This document shows positions 60,540-64,000 of a stretch of DNA of 64,000 bases, in pieces. The DNA is from a virus (Duplodnaviria; Caudoviricetes): positions 32,001 through 96,000 of IMG/VR virus record IMGVR_UViG_3300031993_000006, one strand, 5' to 3'. The notes under the pieces were generated by a model that saw nothing but the letters and a program-made list of their open reading frames with translations, made no database searches and was not told the origin of the DNA. The stretch's first letter is position 1; each line of letters opens with the position of its first letter. Made by a program: the position numbers and the translations under genes.

Positions 60540-62512
60540 TGGGAGTCGCTCCGTTCAAGGTAGTATTCGACAATGTTGATGGCGTTCTAGGCAAGATGTA
60601 TGTCCAGTGCTCGGATGTGTATACCCGTAAGACCGTGTTTGCGTTTGTGCTCGACACGATGACTTACCACAGCAAGGAAAAGGAGCGCACATGGGAAGGC
60701 CAGTTCGGGTACCACGATTGTATCGAGAAGTTCTTCAACGGGGTGGAGCATACCTTGCCGATTGGGCTTATACCCCGAGTCAAGAATTACCTTAAGGAAA
60801 CGTTTGGCGAAAATGCCCATATCGGGATTACTGACTCCATCCGGCAGATGTTTTCGCCGCCATTCGGGAAGATTACCAGTGAGACCGTGCAGAAGTATGC
60901 CGACTCGCTCGGAATGTGGAGAAAGGCGGCGTATCTTAGGGATTTGGGTAAGGCTAATGCCGCGATTGCCCGCGGGGAAAGTGTGGAGGTTCCGGACAAG
61001 TCTAAGTATGGCCTCAAGCTGTTCGACCACCAGGAGCAGATTGTGCTCGAGGCGCTCAACCGCCGACGGATATCCCTGCTGGCCTGTACGAGTTCGGGCA
61101 AGTCGCTTTCGATGATGGTTATTGCCCGGTACCTTGTCGACCGGGAGAACCGGAAGGTATTGGTGGTCGTTCCGAACGCCGCGCTGGTGCAGCAGTTGTT
61201 CCGAAACTTTGCCGAGGACTATGGATGGGAGGAGGCTGGGGAACATTGCATCAGGATGTATGCCAACTCACCGGACAAGCTAAAGAAGAAGCAGAAGGAT
61301 GAGTTGAAGCGCCTCAAGCTTGGCGAAGAGGCGATGCTGAAGGATATCACCATTTCTACCTGGCAGTCCCTCAGGACGAAGCCGGACGCCTTCTTTAAGG
61401 TGTTTACTGCGGTGATGGTGGATGAGGCGCATACGGCAAAGGGTAAGGAACTCCGCGATATTCTCGCCAAGTGTACCAACGCCAACAATCTAAAGGTAGG
61501 CTTTTCCGGGACTCTCCCGGATGCCGAGCTTACCGCCGAGATTACTTCGTCTCCCAGGCTCCGTGCGATGCTTGGTGATGTACTCCCGGGTCAGCAGATG
61601 GATGAGAGTGAAGTACGAAAAGCTGACTTGAGCAAGTATATCGACGCTGGCTTTATCGAGGGGGGTATCGGTCCCCGTAAGGATATCGTTCACCTGTGGG
61701 AGCTTATTGCGAAAGGAATCCTTACCCCTGTCAAGGTGAAGGCTATATTCATTCCGTATCCCCAGTCGGTGCGTCCAAGTATATGTTCGGCGAAGTGCCA
61801 CTATGATACCGAGCGGGATATCGTGGTCGGCAACAGTTCTCGGAAGGATGTTATCGGCAGTATGTTCGACAACGGGTATGTCACTGCTGAACAGAACACG
61901 GTAATCCTCTACAACTTCAAGGAGAACATGTATTCTCTGCTGGAGCACCTGAAGGTGAAGCATCCTGAGTTCACTTATCATGTAGTCGAGGGCGATGTCG
62001 ATGTAGACGACCGAGACGATATCAGCGTGAAGCTTGAGGACGGTGTTGGTAATGTACTGATTGCCACTTATCAGTGCCTCCGGCAGGGCGTGAACATAAC
62101 CTTGCTCCATAACCTCATTATGGCTGAGCCGGTAAAGTCCCCGTATACCGTGATGCAGTCCATCGGCCGCATTGTTCGCAAGAACTCGACCAAAACTAGT
62201 GCGACCGTGTATGACCTCGTTGATGATGCGTCGTATTACACGAGTCCGTACGGGGGAGGCCCGGGTAGACTCAAGCTCAACTATATGATGAAGCATTTCT
62301 ATATTCGGGCGGGCTATTACGAGAAGGAGAAAATTCCCATTGAGGAAGAACACTTGGATGGTATATACGAGGCGCAGGTGACACCGGACGATGTTAAGCA
62401 GCGCCGCGATGCTGCTATCAAGAAAGCGCAGGAGAATATGGCCAAGCGTCGTTCTCAGCAGCACTTCAGCGCGATTCAGCAGTTCGGGCCCCGTACGATG
62501 TTCACAAAATAG
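60539..62512 (+). CDS. uvsW: UvsW-like SF2 DNA helicase
   Basis: WEGQ..LPIGL N-domain; CTSSGKS, VVVPNAALVQQ, ISTWQS, VDEAH, GFSGT, QSIGR, YDLVDD. Confidence 0.93.
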   Translation: MGVAPFKVVFDNVDGVLGKMYVQCSDVYTRKTVFAFVLDTMTYHSKEKERTWEGQFGYHDCIEKFFNGVEHTLPIGLIPRVKNYLKETFGENAHIGITDSIRQMFSPPFGKITSETVQKYADSLGMWRKAAYLRDLGKANAAIARGESVEVPDKSKYGLKLFDHQEQIVLEALNRRRISLLACTSSGKSLSMMVIARYLVDRENRKVLVVVPNAALVQQLFRNFAEDYGWEEAGEHCIRMYANSPDKLKKKQKDELKRLKLGEEAMLKDITISTWQSLRTKPDAFFKVFTAVMVDEAHTAKGKELRDILAKCTNANNLKVGFSGTLPDAELTAEITSSPRLRAMLGDVLPGQQMDESEVRKADLSKYIDAGFIEGGIGPRKDIVHLWELIAKGILTPVKVKAIFIPYPQSVRPSICSAKCHYDTERDIVVGNSSRKDVIGSMFDNGYVTAEQNTVILYNFKENMYSLLEHLKVKHPEFTYHVVEGDVDVDDRDDISVKLEDGVGNVLIATYQCLRQGVNITLLHNLIMAEPVKSPYTVMQSIGRIVRKNSTKTSATVYDLVDDASYYTSPYGGGPGRLKLNYMMKHFYIRAGYYEKEKIPIEEEHLDGIYEAQVTPDDVKQRRDAAIKKAQENMAKRRSQQHFSAIQQFGPRTMFTK

Positions 62513-63903
62513 TGGGCAGGAAGATGCCACCCTTTAGGGTGGCTTAGGAATGCCCACGAGAACACTTTGGGAACACTTTCTTGGTTTCTTGCAGAGAAAT
62601 GAGTACAAAACGGTTGCAATTAGCACTGTACTTTTATAAACTTTAAGCTGAACACGGGTGAAAGTATGTGTACGATAACTTACGATAACTTATAATGCAG
62701 AGCTCCGCTTCAAGGATAGAGCAGACCAAGAATACTGGTCTAGTCTTCTTGGAACGGCTAGACTCGCATACAATGAGTGTGCCAACATACTAGATTCCAA
62801 CAAGATACACCTGGACTTGAAGTCCGTACACAATGCGGTGTACTATATATTACGGGAAGACTTTCCGACAATACCATCCCAAGGTATCATCAAAATATAT
62901 AAGGAGTGCATATCAGCATTCCGTTCAATCAACTCCAATGGACATATAGAACACAAGATTCCGACCAAGAAGAACCTGTCTATGCGGTTGGACAAGCGGC
63001 TCTACTCCAAAATGAGTATTGATGGAATATCGCTTTGCTCGGAGAAATCCAATCGTAGGGCAGTTGCCGAAATAGTCAAGTTTCCCCGACTGGTTGATTT
63101 GTTCAAGAAATTTCCGACCCAGGACCCACTCATCTTCAAGCGAGACGGCAAGTTCTACTTGTCCATTCCGTTTGATGCACCAGAAATTCCAGTACAGAAC
63201 GACACCTGCATCGGCGTAGACTTGGGAGAGCGTAGGTTTGCGATTACCTCGGATGGCATCATGTTCAACGACAAGGAATACAATGCCCGTAGGCGTAAAC
63301 TCCGCTACTTGAAGCGTTGCTTACAGAAGAAGGGAACCAAGTCTGCTAGACGGCATAAACGCAACTTATCAGTTAAGGAAATGAACCAGTCCACAGATAT
63401 GTGCTATAAAGTTGCTAATGCAATTATTGAAATCACGGTGGATAGCTTCATCGTCCTAGAAGATTTAAGCAATATCAAGAAGAATACTTCCAAGTCCAAG
63501 GAAGGGTTCAAGAAGAAAAATCATAACCGTAGAATTGGGCAGGTTCCGTTCTACAAATTCAAACAAATCTTGTCATACAAGGCACTACTCAATGGAAAAC
63601 GGGTAGAAACAGTTTCTCCGTTTATGACAAGCCAAACCGACTGCACGACAGGCAAGAAAGACGGAACACGCAAGAACCGAAGATTCTATTGCAAGAATGG
63701 TACCGTCCTTGATGCCGACTGGAATGGTGCAGTCAATATCGCTCAAAAGAGCAAACATCCTTTCTCGTTCAAGATGCCGCTAGACGGTACTCTGAAAACC
63801 TGGAAGGCAGGGTGCAAGTCAACCACCCAATCGTGTATCAGTCTCCCTCTGGAAACACCGGGAGCCGTACAAGCTCACCGCCTTTAGTCGGTGGGTAGTT
63901 GAC
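62510..63903 (+). mobile_element. Second non-autonomous IS200/IS605-family tnpB element
   Basis: Left-end hairpin GCCACCCT-TT-AGGGTGGC (62526-62543); right-end hairpin CTCACCGCCTTTAGTCGGTGGG followed by TAGTTGAC ending at 63903; no tnpA. The left boundary is approximate. Confidence 0.82.
62666..63887 (+). pseudogene. tnpB: tnpB frameshifted near its 5' end by a 10-bp tandem duplication
   Basis: The ATG at 62666 reads MCTITYDNL*; removing one TACGATAACT copy restores MCTITYNAELRF..., in frame with the RuvC motifs IGVDLG / VLEDL / DADWNG. Confidence 0.75.
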
Positions 63904-63914
63904 CCGTTAGATTT

Positions 63915-63925
63915 TTGCTATATTT
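63915..63925 (+). promoter_or_regulatory. TTGCTATATTT promoter, near-leaderless
   Basis: Exact motif 6 nt before the ATG at 63932. Confidence 0.7.
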
Positions 63926-63931
63926 GCTGAT

Positions 63932-64000
63932 ATGAAACAGAGCTTATTTACGAAGTACTTGAATGACCTGCTCAATGTCGAGCAGTTTGCTGGTAAGGAT
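63932..64000 (+). CDS. Partial ORF, possibly NIF3/YbgI-like
   Basis: MKQSLFTKYLNDLLNVEQFAGKD resembles NIF3 N-termini; only 23 codons are visible. Confidence 0.4.
   Translation, partial: MKQSLFTKYLNDLLNVEQFAGKD

Noticed and set aside
44467-62530. ORFs 44467-45552 (-), 55648-56064 (+), 57005-58099 (+), 61490-62530 (-)
   Set aside because: Antisense shadows of better-supported genes.
63904-63926. Element-2 guide targeting the early promoter motif
   Set aside because: The putative guide includes TTGCTATAT only because it is flanking DNA; I did not see its seed (CCGTTAGA) at the other promoters.
1-64000. Stop-codon recoding; tRNA or rRNA genes
   Set aside because: Conserved genes are full length in code 11, with TAA, TAG and TGA all used as stops; no tRNA or rRNA was recognised in the intergenic gaps.

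Overview
A 64-kb segment of a large T4-like (jumbo myovirus) phage genome read in the standard genetic code. The host is probably Fibrobacter or another FCB-group bacterium, judging from a degenerate Fib_succ_major domain and TAnnTTTG-type promoters (inference). The minus strand of 1-23.4 kb carries a T4-type replisome module: gp44 clamp loader, DHFR, ThyA, gp43 PolB, gp45 clamp, gp61 primase, gp32 SSB, a RuvC-like resolvase, gp41 helicase and UvsX. The 24-58 kb part holds mostly late, probably virion or internal-head genes (including a 2703-aa protein and a gp25 fusion). UvsW lies at 60.5 kb, and there are two non-autonomous tnpB (IS200/IS605) elements. Two promoter classes can be read from the DNA: TTGCTATATTT before replication genes and (T)ATAAACT before late genes. 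The most notable observations are: (1) a candidate replication origin at about 59.7-60.0 kb, with an apparent strand-composition switch and two 24-bp direct repeats, next to a divergent wHTH plus T7-RNAP/PolA-palm polymerase lacking an exonuclease; (2) an ORF-free, highly structured RNA of about 240 nt with its own promoter and terminator at 55.34-55.59 kb; (3) a second, DnaN-like clamp alongside gp45; (4) a conserved AACCUAUGGA start-codon box on replisome genes, plus structured leaders on gp32 and uvsX; (5) a multi-HTH protein fused to a degenerate glycosyltransferase domain. All protein assignments come from manual motif recognition; no searches were run.
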